A stretch of DNA of 64,000 bases, taken from NCBI RefSeq assembly GCF_000006765.1, contig NC_002516.2. One strand, written 5' to 3'. The stretch is from Pseudomonas aeruginosa PAO1. GTDB taxonomy: Bacteria > Pseudomonadota > Gammaproteobacteria > Pseudomonadales > Pseudomonadaceae. The notes beneath the pieces were generated by a model. That model ran no database searches and had not been told where the DNA came from. It saw only the letters and a program-made list of their open reading frames with translations. A program made the position numbers and the translations under genes. Shown one piece after another: positions 19,657 through 29,767 of the stretch; the stretch's first letter is position 1, and every line of letters starts with the position of its first letter.

Positions 19657-21291
19657 GTGAAGCGTTCGCTGTTCAATTGTGCGCACCCGTTTCGCCAGCG
19701 CTGGTCGATCGGTTGCCTGGCTGTCGCATTGTCGTGCGCTTCGCTGGCCGACGAGGCCCCTCCCGCCGCGGCGGGAGCCGAGCCCCAGCGTCTGGTGGAC
19801 ATCAACGAGTACGTGGTACGCGGCAACACCGTGCTGGACAACCGCGCCATCGAGGCGGCGGTGTATCCCTTCCTCGGACCGCAGCGCAGCCTGGGCGACA
19901 TCGAGGGGGCGCGCGATGCGCTGCAGGCCGCCTACCAGGAGAAGGGCTACCAGTCGGTCTACGTCGAGCTGCCGGAGCAGCAGGTGAGCGGCGGGGTGGT
20001 CTACCTGCAGGTCACCGAGACCACTATCGGTCGCGTCCGGGTGGTCGGCGCCAAGCACTATTCGCCGGTGGAGTTGCGCGAGGAAGTGCCGGCCCTGGAG
20101 GAGGGCAAGGTGCCCGACTTCGCCCAGGTCCAGCGCGAGCTGGCGCAGGTCAACCGCACCCCCGGCCGCCAGGTGCTGCCGATGGTGCGCGAGGGCCAGC
20201 GGCCCGGCACCATGGACGTCGACCTGCAGGTGGAAGACAAGAATCCCTGGCACGCCAGCATCGGCCTGAACAACGACTACAGCGCCGACACCCGTCACTT
20301 GCGCTCGGTGGTTTCGCTGGGCTACGACAACCTCTGGCAACTCGGCCACGCCATCTCGCTGACCTATTTCACCGCGCCGCAGGACCAGGACAACGCCAAG
20401 GTCTGGTCCGGCTCCTATACCGCGCCGCTGAGCCAGCGCTGGAGCGTGCAGTTGTCCGGCTACCAGTCCGACAGCGACGTGGCCACGGTGGGCAGCATGA
20501 ATGTGGTCGGCCAGGGCCACTCCTATGGCGTCGCGGCGATCTACAGCCTGCCGGTCACCGGCCTCTGGTCGCACTCGTTCTCCTTCGGCGTCGACTTCAA
20601 GGACTTCGAGGAACAGACCCGGATCGGCGGCAACAACGACAGGGTGCCGATCAAGTACGCCCCGCTGACCCTCGGCTACAACGGCTTCCGCTACACCGAA
20701 CGTTCCCAGTTGGCCCTTGGCCTGAGCCTGGTGGCCGGTACCGGCAGTCTCCTCGGCTACGGCGACGACGACGAGGAATTCGACCGCAAGCGTTATCGCG
20801 CCAAGTCCGGCTTCGGCGTGCTCAAGGGCGATCTCAACCACACCCTGACCTTCGGCGGCGACTGGCAGGTGGCGACCAAGGCGGCCTTCCAGCTCGCCTC
20901 CGGGCCGCTGATTTCCAACGAACAGTTCGCCGCCGGCGGTGCCACCAGCGTGCGTGGCTACCTGGCGGCGGAGAACACCGCCGACGACGGCTACCTGCTC
21001 TCCCAGGAATGGCGTACGCCGTCCCTCGGACGCTTCCTCGGCAAGCGCGCCGGCGGCTACGTCAACGACTGGCGCTTCTACGTGTTCGCCGAGGGCGCGC
21101 AACTGCGCCTGCAGGATGCGCTGCCCGAACAGGACGACGACTTCAGCCTGGCCAGCGTCGGCATCGGCACCCGCGCGCAACTCGCCGACTGGCTGTCCGG
21201 CAGCCTCGACTGGGCCTTCCCGCTGCTGGAAGGGACGAACACCGACAAACACGACTCGCGCCTGCATTTCAGCGTGCAGGCGAGCTTCTGA
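19657..21291 (+). CDS. pdtB: TpsB (ShlB/FhaC-family) outer-membrane transporter
   Basis: Signal peptide, POTRA segment (INEYVVRGNTVL...YQEKGY), loop-6 SVRGY motif, C-terminal F; GTG start chosen, exact start uncertain. Confidence 0.87.
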   Translation: MKRSLFNCAHPFRQRWSIGCLAVALSCASLADEAPPAAAGAEPQRLVDINEYVVRGNTVLDNRAIEAAVYPFLGPQRSLGDIEGARDALQAAYQEKGYQSVYVELPEQQVSGGVVYLQVTETTIGRVRVVGAKHYSPVELREEVPALEEGKVPDFAQVQRELAQVNRTPGRQVLPMVREGQRPGTMDVDLQVEDKNPWHASIGLNNDYSADTRHLRSVVSLGYDNLWQLGHAISLTYFTAPQDQDNAKVWSGSYTAPLSQRWSVQLSGYQSDSDVATVGSMNVVGQGHSYGVAAIYSLPVTGLWSHSFSFGVDFKDFEEQTRIGGNNDRVPIKYAPLTLGYNGFRYTERSQLALGLSLVAGTGSLLGYGDDDEEFDRKRYRAKSGFGVLKGDLNHTLTFGGDWQVATKAAFQLASGPLISNEQFAAGGATSVRGYLAAENTADDGYLLSQEWRTPSLGRFLGKRAGGYVNDWRFYVFAEGAQLRLQDALPEQDDDFSLASVGIGTRAQLADWLSGSLDWAFPLLEGTNTDKHDSRLHFSVQASF

Positions 21292-21314
21292 CGCTGACCC
21301 CGGAGTAATCCCAC

Positions 21315-23162
21315 ATGTATCGCTTATTGCTGACATCGCTGATCTGCCTGGGCCTGCTGGCCCCGGCCAGCGCCAGTGCCTGGTGGCAGGACGACTGGCA
21401 GTACCGCAAGCAGGTCTCGGTCGATACCACCCCGCAAGGTGCGGCGATCAACGACAGTCTCGGTCGCCTGCCGCTGCTGGTGCGCCTGCATACCGGCAAC
21501 TTCACCTTCGACGGGGTCAACGAGAACGGCTCGGACATCCGCTTCGTCGCCGCCGACGACAAGACCGTATTGCGCCACCAGGTCGAGAGCTTCGACCCGC
21601 TGATGGGCATGGCCCTGATCTGGGTCGACGTGCCGCGGGTGGAGGGTGGCCAGCGCCAGGACATCTGGATGTACTACGGCAACGCCAAGGCGCCGGAGAG
21701 CGGCAACGGCCAGTCGGTGTTCGACCCGGACTACACCCTGGTCTATCACTTCGACGGTGCGCCGGGCACTCCGCCGCGGGATTCCACTGCCTACGCCAAC
21801 AATGCGCAGACCGCCGCCGGCAGTCCGGTGGAGGGCGTCATCGGTCGCTCCGCGCAACTGCTGGGCCAGCCGCTGCTGCTGCCGGCCAGCCCATCGCTGG
21901 CGGTGAGCGCCGGTGGCACCTTCAGCTTCAGCGGCTGGGTGCGTCCCGACCAACTGGCCGGCGAACAGGTCCTGCTGTCGCGCCGCGAAGGCGGCAACGC
22001 CCTGTTGGTCGGCCTGGCCCAGGGCGCGCCCTTCGTCGAGCTGAACGGTCAGCGCGCTGCCGCCAGCCAGGCCCTGGCGCAGGGGCAATGGCAGCATCTG
22101 GCGCTGGTCGCCGACGGTACCCGGCTGGCGCTGTATCTCGGCGGTCGCGAAGTCGCCAGCCTGGCGGCGGCGCTGCCGGCGTTCAGCGGCGCGATCGCCA
22201 TCGGCGCGGAAGGCCAGGGCGCGCCTGCGGTCGCCACCGAAGCGGCAAGCGGGGAAGGTGAGGCGAGCGCCGCGGCGCCGACCCTGCAACCCTTCCAGGG
22301 CGCCATCGACGAGTTGCGCCTGTCGAAGATCGCCCGCCCGGCGGCGCTGCTCCTCGCCGACGCCACCGCCCAGGGCGCCGAGTCGCGCCTGGTGGCCTAC
22401 GGGGTCGACGAGAAGCAGTCCGGCTTCGGCTTCGGCAAGCTCGGCTTCCTGCTCAACGCAGTGCCGCTGGATGCCTGGGTGATCATCGCGATCCTGGCGC
22501 TGATGATGGTCCAGTCGTGGGTCATCATGTACCGCAAGAACCAGAACGTCGGCCGTGTCAGTCGCGCCAACGGGCTGTTCCGCGAGCGCTTCGCCGAGGT
22601 CGGCACGCGCCTGGAACTGCTCGCCGACGACCGCGAGCTGGCCGCCCGCCTGCAACACTCCTCGCTGTGGCGCCTGTACCAGGTGGCGGTGAAGGAGATC
22701 CGCACCCGCCGCGAGCAGGGCGCCGACACCTCTTCCGTCTCCGCGGCCACCATCGAGGCGATCCGCGCCTCCATGGACGGCGTGCGCACCAAGGAGAACC
22801 AGCAGCTCGGCTCGCGCCTGTCGAGCCTGTCCAACGCCATCGCCGGCGGCCCCTACATCGGCCTGCTCGGCACCGTGCTGGGGATCATGGTGGTGTTCCT
22901 CGGCACCGCCATGGCCGGCGACGTCAACATCAATGCCATCGCCCCGGGCATGGCCGCCGCCCTGCTGGCCACGGCCATGGGCCTGTTCGTCGCGATCCCC
23001 GCGTTGTTCGGCTACAACCGCCTGGTCACGCGGAACAAGGAAGTCAGCGCGGACATGCGGGTGTTCGTCGACGAGTTCGTCACCCGCCTCGCCGAGGTGC
23101 ATGGCGAAAGCCAGCTCAGCGAAGTGGCCCATCGTCGCAACGGCCAGCCGTTGCCGGCCTGA
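21315..23162 (+). CDS. exbB2: ExbB/MotA/TolQ proton-channel protein with N-terminal DUF2341 and LamG-like periplasmic domains
   Basis: WWQDDWQYRKQV...SDIRFVAAD (DUF2341-like), LamG-like WQHLALV...GAIDELRLS, C-terminal GPYIGLLGTVLGIM...ALLATAMGLFVAIPA. Confidence 0.9.
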   Translation: MYRLLLTSLICLGLLAPASASAWWQDDWQYRKQVSVDTTPQGAAINDSLGRLPLLVRLHTGNFTFDGVNENGSDIRFVAADDKTVLRHQVESFDPLMGMALIWVDVPRVEGGQRQDIWMYYGNAKAPESGNGQSVFDPDYTLVYHFDGAPGTPPRDSTAYANNAQTAAGSPVEGVIGRSAQLLGQPLLLPASPSLAVSAGGTFSFSGWVRPDQLAGEQVLLSRREGGNALLVGLAQGAPFVELNGQRAAASQALAQGQWQHLALVADGTRLALYLGGREVASLAAALPAFSGAIAIGAEGQGAPAVATEAASGEGEASAAAPTLQPFQGAIDELRLSKIARPAALLLADATAQGAESRLVAYGVDEKQSGFGFGKLGFLLNAVPLDAWVIIAILALMMVQSWVIMYRKNQNVGRVSRANGLFRERFAEVGTRLELLADDRELAARLQHSSLWRLYQVAVKEIRTRREQGADTSSVSAATIEAIRASMDGVRTKENQQLGSRLSSLSNAIAGGPYIGLLGTVLGIMVVFLGTAMAGDVNINAIAPGMAAALLATAMGLFVAIPALFGYNRLVTRNKEVSADMRVFVDEFVTRLAEVHGESQLSEVAHRRNGQPLPA

Positions 23163-23172
23163 GGAGAACGCC

Positions 23173-23592
23173 ATGGCTTCCGTGAACAGCAGCCACGACG
23201 ATGACGACGACGGCGCCGTCGACAGCATCAACATCACCCCGCTGGTGGACGTGCTGATGGTGGTGCTGGTGATGTTCATCCTCACCGCCACCGCCCAGGT
23301 CGCCGGGATCCAGATCAACCTGCCGAAGGCCAGTGCCACCGTGGCGCTGTCGCAGCCCAAGACCAAGGCGATCTCGGTGAACGACGCCGGCCAGGTGTTC
23401 CTCGACGCCTACCCGGTGACCCTGCCCGAGCTGGAGGACCGCCTGCGTACGGAGAAGGCCCTCAACCCCGACTTCCCGGTAGTGGTCCGCGGCGACGCCA
23501 CGGTGCAGTACCAGAAGGTCATCGAGGTCCTCGACCTGCTGCGCCGCCTGGAGCTGTCCCAGGTCGGCCTGGTCACCGGCAAACCGACCTGA
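23173..23592 (+). CDS. exbD2: ExbD/TolR biopolymer transport protein
   Basis: GAGGAG RBS; INITPLVDVLMVVLVMFILT and VVVRGDATVQYQKVIEVL motifs. Confidence 0.92.
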   Translation: MASVNSSHDDDDDGAVDSINITPLVDVLMVVLVMFILTATAQVAGIQINLPKASATVALSQPKTKAISVNDAGQVFLDAYPVTLPELEDRLRTEKALNPDFPVVVRGDATVQYQKVIEVLDLLRRLELSQVGLVTGKPT

Positions 23593-23600
23593 GGCCCGGG

Positions 23601-24347
23601 ATGAACATGTCCGCCGATCCCAAGCACACCCCCGAGCCGAAAAATGCCGCGCCGCTGTCCATCGACGGCCGCCCGGCGAACCCGACCCTGCGCTACCTCA
23701 AGTGGGGCCTCGGCGCGCTGCTGCTCGCCGGCCTCGCCTGGCTGGTCTGGGAGTGGGCCAACGACATGAGCGGCGTGCGCCGCGAGGCGCCCAAGGTGCC
23801 GGCGATCATCCCGCTGCCGCCACCGCCTCCGCCGCCGCCGGAAAAACCGCCGGAACCGGAGCAGCCGGTGGAAGAGGAAAAGATCGTCGAGCCGGAACCG
23901 CAACCCGAACTGGAGGAGGTCAAGCCGCAGGAGGAAGCGCCGCCGTCGCCGGCCGACGACCTGGCCGACCCGATGCAGATGGATGGCGACGCCCAGTCCG
24001 GCTCCGACGCTTTCAACATCGGCGCCGGCAAGGGCGGCGGGATGGCCGGTTCCGGCGGCGGTCGCGCCGGCAACGCCAGCTATAGCCAGTACCTGGCCTA
24101 CGCCTTCCAGCGCCTGCTGCGGGACAACCCGGAGCTGCGCAACCTGGCGTTCCGCCTGCAGGCGGAGATCTGGCTGAGTTCCTCGGGGGATATCACACGG
24201 GCCGAACTGACCCGCTCCAGCGGCGACCCCGAGACCGACCAGAAGGTGCTGGCCGCGCTGCGCGCCGCCGGCCGCCTGGAAGAACGCCCGCCGGCTTCGC
24301 TGACCCTGCCGGTGCGCATCGCCCTGCAGGGCAAGCGGCCGGGATGA
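23601..24347 (+). CDS. TonB-family energy transducer
   Basis: Single TM, Pro/Glu-rich linker (PLPPPPPPPPEKPPEPEQP), TonB_C-like C-terminus; follows exbBD. Confidence 0.85.
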   Translation: MNMSADPKHTPEPKNAAPLSIDGRPANPTLRYLKWGLGALLLAGLAWLVWEWANDMSGVRREAPKVPAIIPLPPPPPPPPEKPPEPEQPVEEEKIVEPEPQPELEEVKPQEEAPPSPADDLADPMQMDGDAQSGSDAFNIGAGKGGGMAGSGGGRAGNASYSQYLAYAFQRLLRDNPELRNLAFRLQAEIWLSSSGDITRAELTRSSGDPETDQKVLAALRAAGRLEERPPASLTLPVRIALQGKRPG

Positions 24348-24414
24348 GAAGACGCCAACCCAGAACGATTTCCGGCAGGCGACTGCCTTGAAGGACCTTA
24401 GGAGCCGTACACAG

Positions 24415-26121
24415 ATGAACGCGAAAGTGAACCGACTGGCGCTGGGGATGGGCGTCATGCTCGCCGCGCTGGCCGGCCAGGCGCAGGCCCAGCCGCCGGC
24501 GCCCTCGGAGAACGCCACGATCAACCTGATCCGCCTGCTGGTACAGCAGGGCGTGTTGAAGAAGGAACAGGCCGATGCGCTGGTCAGGCAGGCCGAGGCC
24601 GAGGCGCAGCAGGCCCAGCAGGCGCGCCAGGCCGTGGCGCCCGCGGCGGCCGTTGCCGCTGTCCCCGGGGAGGTCCGCGTACCCTATATCCCGCAGGTGG
24701 TGCGCGACCAGATCCGCGACGAAGTGAAGGCCGAGGTAATGACCCAGGCCAAGGCGGAGAATTGGGCGCAGCCCAACGCCTTCCCGGACTGGGCCTCGCG
24801 CATCAGCTTCGACGGCGACGTGCGCTTGCGCTACGAGTCGCGCTCCTTCGGCAACGGCAACAGCAACCAGATCACCGACTTCGCCGAACTCAACGACGAC
24901 GGTCCCTATGACGTCAACCCGAATACCAGCGCGGGCCTGCCGCCGCTGCTCAATACCCGCGAGGACCGCGACAGCCTGCTGCGCCTGCGCGCGCGCTTCG
25001 GTCTCAAGGCGGCGCTGTCGGAAAGCTGGAGCGCCGGCATCCGCATCGGCACCGGTTCGGACAACAACCCGGTGTCGACCACCCAGACCCTCGGCGGCGG
25101 CTTCGGCAAGAAGGACCTCTGGCTCGACCAGGGCTACCTGACCTGGAAGCCCAGCGAGCGCCTGAGCCTGACCGGCGGGCGGATCGCCAATCCGTTCCTG
25201 TCCACCGACCTGCTGTATTCCAACGACCTCAACTTCGACGGCGTGGCGGCGATCTTCAACCAGCCGCTGAGCCGCGATGTCGCGCTGTTCGGCACGGTCG
25301 GCGCGTTCCCCGTGGAATACAGCTCGGACACCGCCTCGTCGAACGGCTTCGACAAGGAAGACAGCGACAACAAGTGGCTCTACGGCGCGCAACTGGGCGC
25401 CACCTGGAAGATCAACCCGCAGCACAGCCTTACCGGCGCGCTGGCCTACTACCGCTTCGACGATATCGAAGGGCGGCGTTCCAGCCCTTGCCGGCCCTGG
25501 GCCGGAGATCCGGAGTGTGACACCGACGGCAGCCGTCCGACCTTCATGCAGAAGGGCAACACGGTGTTCCTCCTGCGCGACATCGTGCCCAACCCGGCCG
25601 ACCCGGCGAACACGCCGAACCCGCAGTACGTCGGCCTGGCCTCGGAGTTCAATCTGCTCGACCTGAACCTCGGCTGGGATGCCGAGCTACCCAACGACTT
25701 CAAGCTGCGGGTGGCCGGCAACTACGTGCACAACCTGGGCTACGACGAGGGCGACATGCGCAAGCGCGCCGGCGGTGTGGCGCAGATCGCCAACAACCTC
25801 GGCTCCGACGGCGACATCAAGAGCGGGGCGAACGCCTGGATGCTCCAGTTCACCCTGGGCAACGCCCTGGACATGCGCGACGCCGGCGACTGGCAGGTCT
25901 TCGCCGCCTACAAGTACATCCAGCCGGATGCCCTGCCGGACGGTTTCAACGATTCCACCTTCCACCTTGGCGGGACCAACGCCAAGGGCTACATCCTCGG
26001 CGCCAGCTATGGCTTCGACAAGCGCGTCTACGGTACCGCGCGCTGGCTCAGCTCCGACGAGGTCTACGGCGCACCGTTCTCCATCGACGTCCTGCAACTC
26101 GAGGTCAACACGCGCTTCTGA
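24415..26121 (+). CDS. Putative outer-membrane porin with N-terminal coiled-coil
   Basis: AGGAG RBS, signal peptide, beta-barrel-like alternating segments (FDGDVRLRYE, LRLRARFGL), C-terminal F. Confidence 0.75.
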   Translation: MNAKVNRLALGMGVMLAALAGQAQAQPPAPSENATINLIRLLVQQGVLKKEQADALVRQAEAEAQQAQQARQAVAPAAAVAAVPGEVRVPYIPQVVRDQIRDEVKAEVMTQAKAENWAQPNAFPDWASRISFDGDVRLRYESRSFGNGNSNQITDFAELNDDGPYDVNPNTSAGLPPLLNTREDRDSLLRLRARFGLKAALSESWSAGIRIGTGSDNNPVSTTQTLGGGFGKKDLWLDQGYLTWKPSERLSLTGGRIANPFLSTDLLYSNDLNFDGVAAIFNQPLSRDVALFGTVGAFPVEYSSDTASSNGFDKEDSDNKWLYGAQLGATWKINPQHSLTGALAYYRFDDIEGRRSSPCRPWAGDPECDTDGSRPTFMQKGNTVFLLRDIVPNPADPANTPNPQYVGLASEFNLLDLNLGWDAELPNDFKLRVAGNYVHNLGYDEGDMRKRAGGVAQIANNLGSDGDIKSGANAWMLQFTLGNALDMRDAGDWQVFAAYKYIQPDALPDGFNDSTFHLGGTNAKGYILGASYGFDKRVYGTARWLSSDEVYGAPFSIDVLQLEVNTRF

Positions 26122-26130
26122 GCGCTCCTC

Positions 26131-26160
26131 GAGGCAGACCATGAAGAGGCAGACCATGAA
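26131..26160 (+). repeat. 15-bp tandem duplication of an RBS+ATG module
   Basis: GAGGCAGACCATGAA x2, giving in-frame ATGs at 26141 and 26156. Confidence 0.9.
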
Positions 26161-26818
26161 CACGCGACCTTTCTCATTACCGATCTGGGCCCAGGCGCTG
26201 CTCGCCGGGGCCGCCTTCGCCGCCTACGCCAGCCAGGCGGCCTACGCCGACAGCCTGGAGGAACGCCTGCGCGCCCAGTTGCGCAGCACCACCCAGCAAC
26301 TCCAGGCGCTGCAGACCGAACAGGCCCAGGCCACCGCGGCGAAAGCCGCGCTGGAAAGCCAGCGCGATGCGGCGCTGGCCCAGGTCAAGCAACTGAGCGC
26401 CGAGCTGGCCCGGGCCAAGGGCCAGGCCGAGCAGCTCTCGGCCCAGCAACAGGGCTTGCACGACCGGGCGCGGCAGATGGTCGAGGCGAGCAACGAGCAA
26501 CTGGGCAAGTACAAGCAGGCCTACGACGAGTTGCTGGTCATGGCGCGAGCCAAGGAGGCCGAGCGGCAGAAGCTCGACCTGGCGTTCCGCGAGCACGACC
26601 AGCAGTTGCAGCAGTGCACCGCGAAGAATCGGGAGATGTATGGCGTGGCCAAGGAGATCCTCGGCGCCTACGAGAACGTCAGCGTCGCCGAGGTGATGAA
26701 GATCCGCCAACCGTTCGCCAGCGGTGCGCGGGTGAAATTCGAAGAGATGGCGCAGAAGCTCGGCGACGACCTCTACAAGACCCAGGTCGAGAACCGCCAG
26801 GCGGCGCTCGCCCAGTGA
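26141..26818 (+). CDS. Periplasmic coiled-coil protein of the pdtA export cluster
   Basis: Signal peptide then long Q/A/E heptad-rich helix (SLEERLRAQLRSTTQQLQALQ); start 26141 or 26156. Confidence 0.75.
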   Translation: MKRQTMNTRPFSLPIWAQALLAGAAFAAYASQAAYADSLEERLRAQLRSTTQQLQALQTEQAQATAAKAALESQRDAALAQVKQLSAELARAKGQAEQLSAQQQGLHDRARQMVEASNEQLGKYKQAYDELLVMARAKEAERQKLDLAFREHDQQLQQCTAKNREMYGVAKEILGAYENVSVAEVMKIRQPFASGARVKFEEMAQKLGDDLYKTQVENRQAALAQ

Positions 26819-26846
26819 AATCCGACAGCAAACCAGGAACCCGGAC

Positions 26847-27326
26847 ATGAACGACATCACCCTGATCGAACACCTTTCCGTCGACAGCCTGACCGAGGCC
26901 TTGCAGGACGCCGGCTACCGGGTCAACCGCAGCGAGCAGAACGGCGTCGTGCAACTGCTCAGCGCCAGCCAGGGAATCGGCTACGCGGTGCGCTTCGGCA
27001 ATCCGGCGGCGACGCCGGCGAGCTACCTCGACTTCACCTTCAGCTGCGCCCTGCGCGTGCAGGGCGAATTGCCCGCCGGGCTGACCGAGCGCTGGAATCT
27101 CAGCCGGCGTTTCGGCCGCCTGTCGCAGCAGGGCGAGTTCCTGGTGATGGAAATGGACGTGATCGTCGCCGGCGGCGTCAGCCCGGCCAACCTGCGTAGC
27201 CATATCGAACTGTGGGATCGCCTGCTGCAGGAGTTCATCGCCTACCTGCGCGACTACAGCCGCCTGGCCGCGGAGCAGCAGGGCATGGCGCAGGATGCCG
27301 GTCAACCCGTCGATGGCGAGGCCTGA
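26847..27326 (+). CDS. YbjN-domain (T3SS-chaperone-like fold) protein
   Basis: 159 aa, WNLSRRFGRL...LVMEMDVIVAGGV...LWDRLL pattern typical of YbjN. Confidence 0.72.
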   Translation: MNDITLIEHLSVDSLTEALQDAGYRVNRSEQNGVVQLLSASQGIGYAVRFGNPAATPASYLDFTFSCALRVQGELPAGLTERWNLSRRFGRLSQQGEFLVMEMDVIVAGGVSPANLRSHIELWDRLLQEFIAYLRDYSRLAAEQQGMAQDAGQPVDGEA

Positions 27327-27330
27327 GCCG

Positions 27331-28275
27331 ATGCGGCCGGCATTTCGTTGCGGCATCCTGGCGTTCGCGCTTGCCGTTCTCGCCGGCTGTGGCCAGCGCG
27401 AGGACGGCGGCGCGGGCCAGGCCCAGGCCGCGCTTGCCAAGCCATCTGCCAGCGCCGCCGCGGAGCCCGCGGTGGCCCGCCTCGGTGCCTTGCAGGTGGC
27501 GCCGGACGAACTGAAGGCGCTGCTGGCCGAGGTGCCGGCGGAAACCCGCGCGCAGTTGAGCGAGAACCGCGACGCGATGGAACGCTGGATGCGTGCGCGA
27601 CTGGCCGAGAAGGCGCTCTACGAACAGGCCAGCGCCCAGGACTGGCAACAGCGTCCGCAGGTGAAGACGCTGATCGATGCGGCGGCGCGGCAGATCGTCC
27701 TGCGTACCTACCTGGAGTCGGTGAGCACGGTGCCCGAGGACTACCCCAGCGATGCCGAACTGCAGGCCGCCTACCAGGCGAACAAGGCGCAACTGGCTGT
27801 ACCGGCGCTGTACCGGGTCAGCCAGATCTTCATCGCCGCCTCTGCGGCCGGCGGGCTTGCCGAAGCGCGCAAGCGCGCCCAGGAACTCTACCGGCAGGCC
27901 GCGGACGGCGACTTCGCCGAACTGGCGCGCAAGCATTCCGACGACCCGCAGACCGCCCGCAACGGCGGCGACATCGGTGGGTTACTGGCGCAGGCGCAAC
28001 TGCTGCCGGCGATCCGTCCGGCGCTGGAACGGCTAAAGGTCGGCGCGGTGTCCGAGCCGATCCAGGGCGCCAACGGTTTCCACCTGGTCAAGCTGACCGA
28101 GCGTCGCGACGCCCGCCTCGCCACCCTCGACGAGGTCCGTGGTCGCCTGCGCGAAAGCCTGCGCGCGCAACGCCAGGAGCAGATAGCCAAGGCCTACCTG
28201 GATGGCCTGGTGAACAACGCTACCCTGAGCATCGACGGCGCGTTGCTCGGCAAGACCCTGGCGGAACTGCACTGA
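27331..28275 (+). CDS. PpiC/parvulin-type peptidyl-prolyl isomerase, lipoprotein
   Basis: Lipobox LAGC; YRVSQIFI, FAELARKHSDD, GGDIG, GFHLVKL parvulin motifs. Confidence 0.88.
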   Translation: MRPAFRCGILAFALAVLAGCGQREDGGAGQAQAALAKPSASAAAEPAVARLGALQVAPDELKALLAEVPAETRAQLSENRDAMERWMRARLAEKALYEQASAQDWQQRPQVKTLIDAAARQIVLRTYLESVSTVPEDYPSDAELQAAYQANKAQLAVPALYRVSQIFIAASAAGGLAEARKRAQELYRQAADGDFAELARKHSDDPQTARNGGDIGGLLAQAQLLPAIRPALERLKVGAVSEPIQGANGFHLVKLTERRDARLATLDEVRGRLRESLRAQRQEQIAKAYLDGLVNNATLSIDGALLGKTLAELH

Positions 28276-28700
28276 TGGACGGCATCCCGGAGGCCAGGCG
28301 TGGGCCGCGCGCGAGCCGCTGGCGGCACCTGCGCAGCTGGCTGTTCGGCGAGCCCGAGCGGTTCCGCGACGAACGCCAGCGGCTCTGGGGCGCCTATGCC
28401 GCATGGCTCGGCGAGCAGGTCCAGCAGCGCCTGGGCGAAGACGCCGAAACCGCGCCGCGGCTGCTGGCCTTCCTGGAGTCGCGGCGCGCGGCGGGGCAGT
28501 TGCCGAATACCGACATCGACCTGCGGGTCTGGCTCGACGAACGCGGCTGGATCGTCCGTCTCGCCTGCCTGCGCAGCGACGCCGAGCCGATCGAGAATGA
28601 ACTGCGGCGCGCGCTGATGGACCGTTCGTTGCGCCTGCCGCCGCCGGAACACATGCCGCAGCCGATCGAACTGCGGATTCGCCTCATGCCTGGACGCTAG
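28275..28700 (+). CDS. Hypothetical protein with TonB-C-terminal-like fold
   Basis: ATG overlaps the previous TGA; C-terminus LRLPPPEHMPQPIELRI resembles the TonB C-terminal domain of 23601-24347. Confidence 0.65.
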   Translation: MDGIPEARRGPRASRWRHLRSWLFGEPERFRDERQRLWGAYAAWLGEQVQQRLGEDAETAPRLLAFLESRRAAGQLPNTDIDLRVWLDERGWIVRLACLRSDAEPIENELRRALMDRSLRLPPPEHMPQPIELRIRLMPGR

Positions 28701-28709
28701 CGAGGAAGC

Positions 28710-29696
28710 ATGGCCCTATCGGAGTCCGCCGGGCAGCGCCCGGCACTGCTCAGGCCCGCGCAGGGACGCGACGACCGTGCCTATTGGCACGAGCTGTTCG
28801 GTTCTTTGGAGGTGGTGCATTTCTTCCTGGTCACTGCCCGTTGCGGCTGTTTCATGCAGGCTGCGCGCAGCCTGGACGTCAAGCCGACACTGCTGCGCAA
28901 GACCCTGGCCCGGCTCGAGGAGCGCCTCGGCCTGCATCTGTTCGTGCATGAGGGCAACGCCCTCTCGCTGACCCGCGAGGGCCGCATCGTCCAGGCCGCC
29001 GGGCAGCGCCTGGTCGAGGACAGCCAGAGCCACGCCGATCTTCACCGGCAACAGCCGCTGGTGCGCCTGGCGGTGGCCGAAAGCGTCCTGCACGATGTGC
29101 TCAGTCGCGAGCTGTGGGGCTACCTGCGCAAGAACGCCAACCTGCGCGTAGCCCTCGCCGAGTTGCGCGAGGGCTGGCCGGAAAGCGCAGGGCCGGCGGA
29201 GATCGCCATCTGGATCGCCGATCCGGGGCAGCCGCATCCGGCGATGGAAGGCCACTTCGCCGCACCGGCGCGCATCGCCGAGCTGGAGTACCAGCCGCAC
29301 ATCGGCAAGCGCTATTCGCGCGAGCGCACGCGGCCGGCCAGCGAGGACGAGCTGGACGACTACCTGCTGGCGCAGCTCCATGGTCACGCCGCCAGCGCCG
29401 CCCTGGCGCCCTGGAACCGGCGGGTGGCGGCTCGCCAGTCGGGAGTGATCGAGGTGCAGAGCCACGACCTGCTGCTACAGGCGATCCTCTGGGGCGCCTG
29501 CATCGGCCTGCTGCCGCATTACGCCGGACGCCTGGAGCGCAACCTGGCGGCGTTGCCGCAGGTCTTCGACGAGCCGATGCGGCGGGAAGTCTGGATGAGC
29601 GTGCAGCCGGAAGCGGAGAACCGCGTGGAGGTGCGTGCCTTGCTCGATCTGATCGAGCACGCCTTCGACGATCGGCGCGACTGGTTCGGACGCTGA
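28710..29696 (+). CDS. LysR-family transcriptional regulator
   Basis: N-terminal HTH FLVTARCGCFMQAARSL...LEERLGLHLF and substrate-binding domain. Confidence 0.85.
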   Translation: MALSESAGQRPALLRPAQGRDDRAYWHELFGSLEVVHFFLVTARCGCFMQAARSLDVKPTLLRKTLARLEERLGLHLFVHEGNALSLTREGRIVQAAGQRLVEDSQSHADLHRQQPLVRLAVAESVLHDVLSRELWGYLRKNANLRVALAELREGWPESAGPAEIAIWIADPGQPHPAMEGHFAAPARIAELEYQPHIGKRYSRERTRPASEDELDDYLLAQLHGHAASAALAPWNRRVAARQSGVIEVQSHDLLLQAILWGACIGLLPHYAGRLERNLAALPQVFDEPMRREVWMSVQPEAENRVEVRALLDLIEHAFDDRRDWFGR

Positions 29697-29767
29697 CCTT
29701 GCGGGCTTGACGGCGGTCGCCATAGCCGACACCGTTTCGCCACGGAACGGTTGACGGAAGGTACGCG

